Shown: piece after piece, positions 51,555 to 64,000 of the stretch
Position numbering within the stretch: position 1 is the first letter of the stretch
How the letters are laid out: each line of letters opens with the position of its first letter
Source of the DNA: Octopus vulgaris
Lineage: Eukaryota
NCBI GenBank assembly: GCA_951406725.2
Contig: OX597816.1
Coordinates: forward strand, 2,046,001-2,110,000
DNA length: 64,000 nt
Direction: 5' to 3'
Program-made: the position numbers and the translations under genes
The notes under the pieces: model-generated
Seen by the model: the letters and a program-made list of their open reading frames with translations, nothing else
Database searches by the model: none
What the model was told of the DNA's origin: nothing

Positions 51555-53050
51555 GTAACCTAGATAATATCCAACACAATACTTTGATAGACTTGCTTTT
51601 GAAATTCTAACTTTATATTATATTTGTTACCTTTAAATCTATTTTGTACAAGCTTGCACATTGCTAAAACTGTGCACCCAGAAAATAGTAGTACTGCAAA
51701 ATGCAGTGTTAAATCACAATATTCATTGTCTGTTAAACTCTTACTGTGGGAATGCAATTAAAATAAAATGGCGTTAAAGTAGCAACTGTTAAAATAGGTT
51801 ATTTCAACCCCCCAAGAAAAATGTATTTGTAGATTTGTGGAAAGTCTAAAGCTAAATGTTTAAAGACACCCAATAAAACAAGATTTGTTAGATAATGTGG
51901 TTAAAAGAAATTATTAAATTTTTGGATTTTTCTTTTTCAGTTTATTTTTGTAAAGTTGTTTGGTTTAAAAATAAACAACTTGTTTTTTTCCCCTTTGACA
52001 ATAGAAAAACAAAACAAATATGTATTTTTCTTTGTTTTAATTCTCCCTTTAGGAATTCAGTTTGACAGCACTTTAAATTGTATTTATGGTTTGCACAACA
52101 CAATCAAAAGTATTAGAGGAGCTAGTTTTTGTGTGATTCGTATCGAAAGAAGAATTCCCCAAGCAGCCTATTGAAAATGTTTTGAAAGCTATTTCATTTG
52201 AGAAAGGGAACTGTTTTACAATTCATTAATTCTGGGTTACTTTTATTTGGTCATTAATAACCATTTTTACATTTACATAATTCCGAAACTAAGCTTTCTG
52301 GTATGGTTAGAAGTGGGGGTGGGGAAAATAGGATACATTAGTTTGAAACTAGAAATACTTCTTTCTTACACTTTATTTAAAGCAAACTACAAAATACCAT
52401 AAATTTTGCTGTGGAATTAAATCATTCAAATTATTTACATGGAGGTTGTTTTTTTTGTTTTTTTTAAAGAAATTATTCTATGTGCAGCAGAAAAAAACCT
52501 TCCATATTTTACACAGCCATTTTTGTGGCACCAGTCAAGTTAACCAGGTAGTAATGATGTCTTCATGTAGTTAGTGTTTTACCATTTTCTTAAATCATGA
52601 TTTGGACCAGTGTATAGCATGACTTTGCTGTGGAAATATTTGTCAAACTGTAAAATCTGGGATGTTTTGTCCTACCTTGAGCTTGAAGTTCTTTTCCTGT
52701 TTCTATCTTTTCATGGATTTACTTCTTGCTTTTACTTTCATTTATTTATTTTAAGATTTTATAGTAACTTTTCTAAAATACAGTTCAAATCTAATAAACA
52801 ACAAAGATAAAGTACTCGTACTAGGTGTAAACAGGCTTTTTAAGTATGCTACATCTTGATCTCTTCTTAGAAAGGTGTGGGTTTTGTTTCCTTTACTATC
52901 CTTCAAAACAAATGCTATTCCACTCAAATATGGTGGTTGTTGTTGTTGTTTTTTTTTACGTCAAGGCAGTCCTTTAATCAAAGATGGTCTTGTTATGCCC
53001 ATCCTTTTTATTTCATCCAGAACCACTTTCTCCTGTGTGTTCTCTTTTAA

Positions 53051-53240
53051 CTACTTCATTACCATATTTCTGTTGAGATACATTCATTGCCTTTGCTTAA
53101 ATTCAGTCTTAAAATAAAGAATCTAGTAAAATAACTTTCTACTTTGACGTTATTAAGTTGGTGTTTGGAACATAAGTGTTAACATGAAGGTTTGTATTAT
53201 CAAAATCAGGGGCACCTCAGGCAGGTTGATATTAAAAGGT
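53051..53240. mobile_element. TTAA MITE, family D
   Basis: TTAA at 53047 and 53241, body homologous to other copies. Confidence 0.7.
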
Positions 53241-54271
53241 TTAAGCTGCTTGACAATGATTTGAAGGAGATTTGGCTGCTATTTGTTATAGCTAAAGCTT
53301 CCCTCTGCTTATTAATGTCCTTATTTTTATCATCATTATTACATGCATTTTGCATTATGAATGTGTTTCAGAAAGACAAATATTTAAAAAATGAAAAAAA
53401 TAAAAGAAAAATTTCTGTATTGTTAAATAATCACTGTTGTCTTCCTTTAAAAACTGACGTTTTCATGCTTGCATTGGTCAAAAGGAATTCATTGAGGCAA
53501 ATCTTCTATGGCCTTCCGTGCCCTTCCTGTTTCCCCTTGGCTAGACATGTTTTTCATGGAAGATTGAAATTGATATTACTTACAAGACAATGATACTCAT
53601 TTTACAGCCATCATGTGAAATCCAGACAAGGGCCATACATACATACTTATGATGGGCTTCTTTCAGTCCACCAGATCCATAATGCTTTGGTTTAGGACTG
53701 AACCTGACATCACATGATTGGGAAATGAGTTTCTTAGCCACATGCTTTCCACATAAAAAGAAAAAAAAAAAAATTGCGACATTTAAATAAATATGAAAAC
53801 AAAAAAAATATAATATTTGTAGTACTGCAGAAATTAAGTATGTTTGTTTTATATATGAAAAAACAAAACAAAACAAAATAAAAACGATTACAGTATAGAG
53901 AAGTCAGCTCTGAGCATGCTCAGTCAGTGACTCTTTTTTGATTTCTGGTTGGAACTCTTTCAGGCCACTGATTCCACTAATAGAGTCTTGAGGAAGAACT
54001 GGTCTTACCAACTTCTTATTTACCTTTCCTTAAAATTCTCAGTCTCTTCAAAACAGAATTTTTCGCTTCTTTTAACTAAACACACAAGTTTTTGTTGAGG
54101 TAGACTTTCTAGGGTTGGATCTCCTCCCTGTCACCACTCCACCCCTGCTTTCTAGTAAGGTTAATCCATTCTTTGATCAGTCATGTTATCCACAGAAAAC
54201 CGGAAATGAATGACATTGCTTGTATGATGGGGGTATTTATTTAACAGTAATGTTAAGACAAAGGTGTGCAT

Positions 54272-54325
<54 letters not shown>

Positions 54326-54339
54326 CTTTTTTGAGTTTG

Positions 54340-55495
54340 AATTAGAACTGGCTGGGCAAAGTCCAGAGTGCTGTTACCTTTGTTGGGAATAAAGAGCTTC
54401 TCCCTCAGAATGAAAAGCAGATTGTACAATATGCTGTTTGAGCAGCTATGCTACATGGTAGTCAAAAATGGGCTGTGACTGCAAAAGACATGTAGAGGCT
54501 TGAAACAAATGAAACTAGCCTGCTTCACTGAAAGGTGCAATGTCAGTGTGCATGTATGACAAAGTGTAAATGAGTTGAGAGAAAAAAGAAACGGGTATAA
54601 AGCGGTATCACAGGTAATGTGCAAGAGACAGGACTGTGCTGGTATGGTTATGGATGAAGACAGCTGCATAAAGAAGTCTCTCTCTAAATGTGGAAGAGGA
54701 AAACCCCGGGAAAGATGTGGGACAAAGAAGTGAAAAATGATCTTCAGATGTTTAGCTTAACAGAGGAGATGACAAAGAACTGAGACAATTGATGATTTGC
54801 TGTGCTTGATAAGACCCATCCAGCCAAGTAAAATGGGGACTCAAAAGGAGTGTCCTTTATGCCCATCTTCCAACATCTCATCTCATCTTCCCAACACCAT
54901 CTTTCTCCACCTGTCCTCACCATCCACCTCCCAGTCTCCTTTCCACAACATATGTCTTCTTAACAACCCCTCCCCTCTACTTTACACTCTCCTTTCACAA
55001 TCTCATGAACTTACCCACCCACTCACCCTATCCAATCCTTGGTCCCACTTATATACACCTCCCTGTAACTTGACTGTACCCCTGTCATATCTTCATCTCT
55101 CTCTCTCCCTCTCTCTTTCTCTCTCTTTCTCCCTCTCTCTTTATCTCTATCTCCCCCTCTCTTTCTCTATTCCTCTCCTCCTTCTCCCTCTCCCCCCTCT
55201 CCCTCTCTCACTAAGGTAGCCATGTATTGTCCTTACTGCAAGATGTCTATTTTTGTCCCTCAACTCATATTCTAACCTCTCTCGTCTGGCACTAAACTTT
55301 TTCAATATTACACCCCACTCCTCAATTGAGGTGTCCTATCTTGTAAATTATTTGATGACTTCACCAGTGCTGGTGCCATGTAAAAAGCACTTAGCACTCT
55401 TTGTAAAGTTTGGTGCAGTCTTCTGACTTGGCTTGTGTCAAACTCTCCAACCAGTTCCAACCAGTACGGAAAATGGATTTTAAGTGGTGATGACT
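54340..55495 (+). mobile_element. Decayed RTE LINE 3' portion with pyrimidine-rich UTR
   Basis: Motifs GLCWYG, DEDSCIKK and KMWDKEVKNDL, then a C/T-rich UTR and a family-B-like end. Confidence 0.7.
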
Positions 55496-56806
55496 AAAGG
55501 TTGTGCTAAGGGAAGTGAACTTCTTAGTCACACAGCCACACTTAAACCTAAGTACTTTGTATTCAAAAATAAAAGAGATTAGGACCAAGCACTGTAGCAG
55601 TTCTCTACTGTCTTGGCCTTACCATAAAATAATTTTTTAGCAATATAAACATATCTTTTGAATGGTGCAGATGTAGATTTGAGGACTGGTGAGGACTGAA
55701 ATGAAATAGCTATTCTTTCATTAGATTATTTGACTCATTTTAATCATTTGAATGCAACCATGCTGGGGAACTGCCTTTACAGGTAAAGAATTGTGATCTT
55801 AGAGAAAATTACATAAAAGATTTTCAAGTTAGAATTGCATTCAAAATAGACTGGAGATATGTGGTACTGTAGGTCCACGGTAGCATGAAAGTGAAGGGTG
55901 GTGAATAATTATTTCTTTTTCTATTACCTTACAAAAACTTAGGCTATGCCTTTTCAACCCCTCTTTCATAGATTACTTTATATTTAAACATTCACCCACT
56001 TCAAATTTTGCTCTTTCTTCTTGATTCTTATTTTATGTCTGTTCTTATGTCTATTTTCTTTCCATTTCTGGCTCATTTTAAGGATCCAGTGTAAGATTTA
56101 AAGTCATGTCTTCTAAGTAGGGCCAACATAATACTATAACCATGCTCTTGAAATAAAACTATATAGATTTCTATGTAGATAGAAATATAGAAATAATGTT
56201 GGTTTATTTTGTAATCTAATAACACATCATCCATAAAAAAAAATTTTCATTAGGTTGCAAAAAATATTTCATGGTTTGTAGGTTCAAATAACTTCCAGAT
56301 ATTCTAAGATTCCCTTTACCATTTTATGCCTGTCATTACATTTGTCTAAGCTCATACACAGTCACTCAGAGTGGATATGCATATATGCAACTGTTATCAA
56401 AATACTGTCAAAATAAAAGTATTTCTGAAGGCAAATGTTGACCTAGTTTGATAAAATTATTCTTTGATAAATAGAAAAAATCATTCTCTGAAATAACTTT
56501 TGAATGTGTAACAAAACGAAACAAAAACAAATTTCATGACATTCTGAAATTTAATGCTTAATAAGGATTTATTCTATATCATCTTTGTCACCAGTTAGCA
56601 TTGGGTTTCCCTCCTCTCTCCCCTCCTCCTCTTCCTCATCTGTTTGAATTTCATGTGGGGTATGGGTTAGATGGCATCCTCAAGCTTCCATACTGGCATG
56701 TGTTGAAGGGTTTGACAATGTTTGACTTCGTCAGGGGACAACAGAACTGTTCAACCCATGCTAGCATGGAAGGTGGATATTAAATTCTGATCATGCAAAC
56801 AACATG

Positions 56807-57212
56807 GGTGCAGGTGTGGCTGTGTGGTAAGATGCTTGCTTCCCAACCACGAGGTTCCAGGTTCAGTCCCACTGTGTACCTTGGGCAAATGTCTTCTACT
56901 ATAGCCTCGGGCTGACCAAAGCCTTGTGAGTGGATTTGGTAGATGGAAACTGGAAGAAGCCCATCGTATATAAATATATATGTGTATGTATTTATTTTTG
57001 TGTGTGCGTTTGTGTTTGTCCCTCTACCATCGCTTGACAACTGATGCTGATGAGTTTATGTCCCTGCAACTTAGCAGTTCTACAAAGGAGACCGATAGAA
57101 TAAGCACTAGGCTTACAATGAACGAGTCCTGGGGTCGACTTTTTTGACTAACATCCTTTAAGGCGATGCTCCAGCACGGCCACAGTCAAATGACTGAAAC
57201 AAGTAAAAAGAA
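56807..57212 (+). mobile_element. Diverged full-length SINE, family A
   Basis: Same head, body and tail as 18715-19125. Confidence 0.85.
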
Positions 57213-57866
57213 TTTTTAAAAAATCATAGAATAAATCTTTATTAAAGCATTATATTTCAGAATTTCATTTTTTTTTCTCTCATATGATATGTGTTTCTTG
57301 GCCTCAAGGGGGCATTGACCGAGATCTTTGGCATTGTGTCATGCTTGAGAAGAAGACCCATCAAGCTGAGCAAAATCACAGTCATGGCAGATACTGGTGT
57401 CACGCAAATGGCACTCATGCCAGGGGTACATAAAAGCACCCATTACACTCTCAAAGTGGTTGGCATTAGGAAGGGCACCCAGCCATAGAAACCATGCCAA
57501 ATCAGACTGGAGTCTGTTGCAGCTCCCCAGTTTACCAGCCCTGGTCAAACCAGCCAACCCATGCCAGCTTGGACAATGGACGTTAAATGATAATGATGAG
57601 TTTGTCTGAATAGCATTGAATTGCTTGGGAAATTTGAAGTTTTGGAGTTGATTTATACTGCTCTTTACTGACTGATATGCCACTCTATCATATTAGGAAC
57701 AATAATAATAATAGTAATGGTTTCAAATTTTGCCACAAGAGCAGCAATTTCGGGGGAGGGGGACTAGTCAATTACATCAACCCCAGTGTTCAACCGGTAC
57801 TTATTTTATCGACTTCAATAGGATGACAGGCAAAGTCGATCTCGGCAGAATTTGAACTCAGAACAT

Positions 57867-58248
57867 GGAAGCACTCCGTCGGTTACGACGACGAGGGTTC
57901 TGGTTGATCCGATCAACGGAACAGCCTGCTCGTGAAATCAACGTGTAAGTGACTGAGCACTCCACAGACACGTGTACGCTTAACGCAGTTCTCGGGGATA
58001 TTCAGCGTGACACAGAGAGTGACAAGGCCGGCCCCTTGAAATACAAGTACAACAGAAACAGGAAGTAAGAGTGAGAGAAAGTTGTGGTGAAAGAGTACAG
58101 CAGGGATCACCACCATCCATGCCGGAGCCTCGTGGAGCTTTAGGTGTTTTCGCTCAATAAACACTCACAACGCCCGGTCTGGGAATCGAAACAGCGATCC
58201 TACGACCGCGAGTCCGCTGCCCTAACCACTGGGCCATTGCGCCTCCAC
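57867..58248 (-). mobile_element. CpG-rich (probably young) tRNA-derived SINE with 11-bp TSD, nested in an older SINE (about 57710-58325)
   Basis: TSD ACTCAGAACAT at 57856-57866 and 58249-58259. Head TGGCCCAGTGGTTAGGGC...GTTTCGATTCCC. The host SINE carries a Meta/MESC-like GTCGATAAAATAAGTACC segment. Confidence 0.88.
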
Positions 58249-58571
58249 ACTCAGAACATAGTGATAGGTGAAATACCACTAAGCATTTCTTCCAGTGCTC
58301 TAATAATTCTACCAGCTCACTGCCTTGATGGTAATAATAATGATAGTAACTTCAAATTTTGGCACAAGTCCAGTAATTTCTGTGGAACAAGTAAGTTGAT
58401 TACATCAACCTCAGTGATAAACTGGTATTTTAGCAACCCCAAAAGGATGAAAGGTAAAGTCAACACTTGGCAGGATTTGAACCAAGACTGTAAAGATGGA
58501 CGAAATGCTGCCAAGCATTTTGCTGCCCAGCATGTTAAATGTGATAATGATGATATAATAATGATCCATAG

Positions 58572-58790
58572 TGTTTTTGCCGATGCCAGTCTCGCCTGGC
58601 ACCAGTGCAGGTGGCACATAAAAAGCACCCACTACACTCACGGAGTGGTTGGGGTTAGGAAGGGCATTGCCAGATTAGACCGGAGCCTGGTGCAGCCTTC
58701 TGGTTTCTCAGATCCCCGGTCGAACCGTCCAACCCATGCTAGCATGGAAAACGGACGTTAAACGATGATGATGATGATGATGATGATGAT
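58572..58790 (+). mobile_element. RTE-type 3' end repeat (family B)
   Basis: Same subfamily as 38651-39033, with a short internal deletion. Confidence 0.85.
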
Positions 58791-60612
58791 ATATGTATAT
58801 TTGTCCAGAATCACAGCGGAGGCGGAGGAGGAGAGAAAATAGTAATTCAGTGAAGCAGTGAGAGTAACAGCCCTGACTGAGAGGGAGGGAGTGAGAGAAA
58901 GGAAGGGGTGAAAAAAAAATCAGCGTTTCAACTGTGTGTGTGATTATTATGGACCTTATTTTGTACCTTATTTATACATAAAATACTACAATTAACCGTC
59001 ATTGTTGATGGCATGTGGTCAGCTAGTAATAATAACAATGGTTTCTGATTTAGGCACAAAGTCAACAATTTTGAGGGGCAAGTTTGTGGATACTATTGAA
59101 CCCAGTACTTAACTGGTACTTTATTTTATCGACTCTGGAGGAACAAAAGGTAAAGTTGACCCCAGCTGGATTTGAGCACAGAACATAATGGACTGAATCA
59201 AATATTGCAAGACATCACTGAGTTCATATCTACACATACTTGGATAGATTTATACGTTCAACTTCAGATGTGGTTCAAAAGTTTAGTTAGGCTCTCCAAA
59301 TACATTAAATTTTCTTTTCCCTTTAATCTTTTACCTATATTAACTTACATGCAATTGTTTTTGTTCCAGCACACGATCTCAGATCGAGTCACTTGCTATG
59401 CAAGTACATCTTCGTAATTCAAATATAATCATACAAAAATATCTCTTAGGTTCTTTTGTGCAAAGTTTTCAAAAATAGGAATTTTTAAAGAATTGTTGAA
59501 TTGATTTGAAATGGTAAAAGGAAGTTAGGGCAAGTAATTACTGTTCAAAGTCATGTATGATGATATAGAGGAGATATAATGATTGTAGTTTCTTTGCAAA
59601 TAAATATTGAAGTTATGTGCTTTTCTGGTGAACATTAGCTTGTGGCTTTGGTAAATACCAGTTCCATTAGAAAAGGGTTGTACAGGGTCATTGGTGTGGC
59701 ATAAATGAAATTAGGCAGATGGTAATAGTGTTTTCATGTTGCTAAGGATTTGTGTTGACTTTCTTAGTTACCATCATGTCTTGGACTGATGTACTCTGCA
59801 TTTGTTTTTGAAATGTGTATCATGAATGTGGAAGCTTAGAGGCCTTTTTTTGCCACGTCTGTAGTTTAGACTAGGGAAGTCTTTGAGCTAATACCTGTAG
59901 GTGGATCTAGTAGTTGGTTGATTTGGGGAAAGAAAATAACTTGCTGGTAAGATAGTATTTAAAATTTTAATTTGAACTTAACCTACTTTATAGAAACAAT
60001 TAAAAAAAAAAAAAAATGCTAAAAAGTAATTGGAAAGGGTAAAATTTATTAGGAGTGCCAGACTTTAGTTTGAGAGGAAATAAAATCATAGATTGCCTGA
60101 AATAGAGAGAGAGAGTAACTAGTGCAATTGAAATTTTTTCCTAGTTAATATCTTAATATGTAGTAGGAAGATATAGTTAGAAGGGAGAGTTCCAAAAGAA
60201 AGCACTATTAAGGAAGAAGGATTGAACTAAGTGTGTAGGACAGGGCCTGTAAAATAGATTTACTTGTGAGGGAAGGAGTGTGATATACTGAAATATAAAT
60301 GACATAGTAATAGTATGGAAGTTTAAACGAAAAGGGGTTATTATAACTTATAGTAGAAAAGATGGAAAGAAGATAGATTTCCATAATACTCATTAGATTT
60401 TTCAGATAATTTGTGATAAAAGATTTGTCTAAAAGAAAAAAAAAAAACATTGGTCAATTTCTGAAATGGGAACAAGCATATCATTCTACGCTTGGGAGAA
60501 TTTCTCTTCAAAGAGATGTGTTTGGGCCTTGTAAGTTGAAGGTCTTTCTATTATGTACCATGTTCTTATCTTTTAGTTTCAGCGGTGTTATTCTGTGTAT
60601 CATATTTTTTTT

Positions 60613-60760
60613 ATATTGTTGTATTTAGGAATGGTCATTTTGCCAGTTTAGCCAATAAAAACACACACACACTATATATTTGGTGTTACTTTGCTTCAGC
60701 ATTATTTATTTTTTACATTAATCTTAATCTTACTTCGGCCATTCCTAAATACAACAATAT
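60613..60760. repeat. 24-bp inverted repeat with 100-nt spacer (MITE or Helentron-type subterminal repeat)
   Basis: ATATTGTTGTATTTAGGAATGGTC versus GGCCATTCCTAAATACAACAATAT. Confidence 0.7.
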
Positions 60761-60807
60761 CTGTTTCAACACACGATTTCACATCAAAAATCTTGCAAAA
60801 CAAATAT

Positions 60808-61082
60808 ATCATCATCATCATCATCATCATCATTTAGCGTCCGTTCTCCATGCTGGCATGGGTTGGACGGTTCAACTGGGGTCTGTGAAGCTGGAAGGCT
60901 TCATCAGGCCCAGTCAGATCTGGCAGTGTTTCTACGGCTGGATGCCCTTCCTAACGCCAACCACTCCGTGAGTGTAGTGGGTGCTTTTTACGTGCCACCC
61001 GCACAGGTGCCAGACAGAGCTGGCAAACGGCCACGAACGGATGGTGCTTTTACGTGTCACCGGCACGGGGCCAGGCGAGGCT
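60808..61082 (-). mobile_element. RTE-type 3' end repeat (family B)
   Basis: Nearly identical to 15198-15470. Confidence 0.85.
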
Positions 61083-62304
61083 AAATAAAAAAAAAATCTT
61101 ATAAAAGATGCTGGTAGCCATTGAGACAAAGTTAGCCTACAAGCATGCATCACCATGCCAACAACTCATACAAAGAAAAGAGTTGTCATAAAATGCTTCC
61201 ACAAATATGGTTTTGACCAATTAGCACTGACTGACTTGCTTATGGCTGAGACTGCCACATCAGAGGACAGGCATAGGTTTACCTGCCAATCAGATTCTAA
61301 TGGGCCAATAGTTATTTAAAAGTGAGTTGAGCTATTTCAAGAGTTTTATCTGTCAGTTGTTTTTCTTTACCTTTGTATGTTAGGTTCTTATCTCCCAACG
61401 TTCTCTCCTATTTACAAGCTTTAACTTGTAGTGTTAATCAATGAATATTCATTATATACAGTGATTCATAATATGCTGTACCACTTTCACAATTGTAATT
61501 TATTGGATTACATTGGTCAACTTAGTGAGGCAGGTAAAGAAAATGTTTGGTAACCCAGGTAAATCTTAATGTGGATTATTTTCAAAATATACAGCCTACT
61601 TGACATTGAGAATAGATAAAGAAGATGGGACCACAAACTGCACTAAAAACGGCTAGGCAATTGTCTATTTTGGGAGTGATCTGTTTTTTAAGGTTAAAAG
61701 GTTGTTTTGTATGCCAATATGTGTAATATTAAAATTTCCATCCTGAAATAAACTAAATTTAATGAATCTGAATTCTTTTCTTTCTTTTCTTCCCCACCTC
61801 CTCCCATTTTCAAAACCTAATAGTAACATTGTATTTGACTTTTCCTGGACTGTGAATTAGGCTGTTCTTTTTCTTTTTAATTTGTTATTGAGAAAAAGAA
61901 AGGCTTTTCAGAATAAAGGGTAGGAATTATTTAGCATAAAGAGAAAGTGTAATTTGGAATAGTTGAGAAAGAAATCAAAATATTGATTGTAGTCTAGAAT
62001 ATAATTTATCTTAATTTACCAGTTTTTTTAAATCTTATACCAGTAACATGTATTTGTTGCAACATTTTTGTTCAAATATCCTAATTTTCTTTCTGTTTTG
62101 AAAATAATGAATTTAGTAACATAACTGTTACATTAAGTTGATGTTTAAAACATAAACAAGAGATGTTGATAGAAGGTTTTTAAATCTAGATCACTTAAAA
62201 AACTGTGCATTTCCATCATAGAACTGGGGGAGGTTTCGGGTGGGTTGGTATCAAAGGCTTTATTTATTCAATTGTTTATTTACTATCATTTCTCTATTTT
62301 GCAG

Positions 62305-62355
62305 ATATGAAGATACATCTTCAGGACAAATTTGTACCAGCCCTGCATATCATGT
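62305..62355 (+). CDS. Likely 51-nt internal coding exon (xYEDTSSGQICTSPAYHV in phase 2, or DMKIHLQDKFVPALHIM in phase 1)
   Basis: Strong acceptor TTTCTCTATTTTGCAG, perfect donor GTAAGT, frame-preserving, two open frames. Confidence 0.65.
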
Positions 62356-62879
62356 GTAAGTATTTCATTTCTGTTTTTTTTTTCCCAAGCTTTTGATATT
62401 ACAAGTTGTGATATTGCTTTTCAGGATTTGAAAAATTTTTTACTCAATTGTTAAACCGCTTTGGTGTTTAAACGAATGAACAAAGTTTCATGAAATTTAC
62501 AATTTTGTTCTCATATATTTCTCTTTTGATATAACCAAAAAAACAAAAAAAAAAATAAAACATGGGTGTGGCAAATATCAGGTTTATAATTACGAATTCA
62601 ATTATCTTTTATAAAATATTATTTCAATAATGACACATACAACTTATTAATGGAATGGTTCTTGTTCTCATATATCTATGTACATATTGTGGATTCTCTT
62701 GTTGATTTTGATGTATGAGAGGCCAAAAGCCAACTGTTAGACTATATACACACACAGATGACTTGTTTTTAGTGGCAAATCTTTGAAATGCTGATAGCAG
62801 AAAGTTGGTGCAAACTCAATGAGTAACATATCCTTAGTGGGTGAGTGGGTAGTATAGAGGTGACTAGCAAATGATGGTA

Positions 62880-63110
62880 TGAAATATAGGAGAGGCTTGG
62901 AGGCAGGGGTTGCAGTGAGGTATTGACAGGGAACAACACAGAGGTGAAAAAGCACAGAAAGGTGGTGATTGGTGGAGACAGTGGGCAGGGGAAGGTAATG
63001 AAATATTGGTTTGTGGGGGGAGGTGGGGGTTCAAGGCAAATGAGAAGGCAGGAGGATGTAGTATGGTACCTCCTCTATTTTCAGATGATAGAGAAATGAT
63101 GATGGTGAAA

Positions 63111-63142
<32 letters not shown>

Positions 63143-64000
63143 GAGGGAAGATAGGCAGGTCAGAGAGGATGGGGTGGAACAGAGGCCCTCATGGACGAGC
63201 ATTACCACAGCGGGGTTTAGGATATTAATTCTGCTGTGGTGGATGGGTCTTCTGGAGTACAGCAAAGCACCAGATAGCTTGGTCGTTTGTTGCCTCCATC
63301 ACAAGGTTCAGTATCTTGAGACCAGCATCCCATACTTCATTCCATGACTTCCTGAATCTCCTCTTCCTGACGTTCTTCCATCTATTTTAAGTGATCAACA
63401 CTCTTATGCCTAACTCTTCTCTCAGTCACTAGCGCTTTGTCACATTTGTTGTCAATGACATTGCTCATCCCAGGGAGTATACTAACTTGATTTCTCTATA
63501 GTCTTTGCTTGTCCTCGGCATTTAGGGCTCACGTTTCACTACCATATAACATTGCTGTTTGTACACTTGTATCATACAGTCATCTTTTCACCCAGAGAGA
63601 GAGAGAGAGAGAGGAAGACCTTTGGTTGCTTACAGAGATAAAAGCACTCTGAATTTTCTCCATCCTATTCTTATTCTAGCAATTAAGTTTTCTGTACATC
63701 CTCCTCTACTGCTAATTAGAGCCTCTAGATAGCAGAAATTATTCACTACTTCTAGAGAGCCTCTGGGGAATTTGACAAAATTAATTCCCTAGATATCTTT
63801 AGACTTTATGGCTCCTATGCATCTCCCACATACAAACACTACTTTCTCTGATAACTTGCCTATTATTCCACTGCACCTTTTGTATGTCCATAGCTAGCAC
63901 TGGGTACACCATATGGAATTCCTGTCTGCATCTTTCCTACATATCAAGCAGAGCCATTTACCTGAAGGTGGGTAGGGTCTTGTCTGTTTTCTTGCTTACC
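62880..64000 (-). mobile_element. Decayed RTE LINE fragment, running off the window
   Basis: - strand CLICRK...NSIWCTQC..W..KRCSG (Cys-rich insert), LEVVNNFCYL and RKSWNEV, then a UTR that is purine-rich on the + strand. Confidence 0.75.

Noticed and set aside
58165-58248. tRNA-like sequences (also at about 13660-13731 and 19640-19718)
   Set aside because: These are SINE heads continuous with SINE bodies, without a complete cloverleaf.
58144-58761. 205-aa ORF
   Set aside because: Reads through three unrelated repeats.
62305-62355. Naming the host gene (vague recollected resemblance to a BK/Slowpoke channel variable linker)
   Set aside because: Similarity is too short and from memory only; needs a database search.

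Overview
AT-rich, microsatellite-rich animal genomic DNA. The repeat landscape resembles an Octopus/coleoid cephalopod genome (inference). There is no intact long protein-coding ORF; most ORF-track entries are translated microsatellites, SINEs or decayed transposons. The window looks like the intron-dominated interior of one large + strand gene with several short candidate exons (10-80 nt, best 62305-62355) that I cannot assign to a named gene. It is full of mobile DNA: tRNA-derived SINEs, RTE LINE 3' ends (one with a 5' inversion), TTAA piggyBac-type MITEs, pogo/Tigger, mariner and Tc1 relics, a solo LTR, rearranged Gypsy gag/pol fragments and Penelope-like elements (PLEs). The most notable signal is a set of PLE-related inverted-repeat elements at about 21.9-22.6, 48.6-49.4 and 49.45-49.7 kb that carry type I hammerhead ribozyme motifs on both arms. 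One is a ~250-bp non-coding hairpin with a CCGACGA core variant. A 121-bp-arm perfect hairpin of similar architecture lies at 40.7-41.0 kb.
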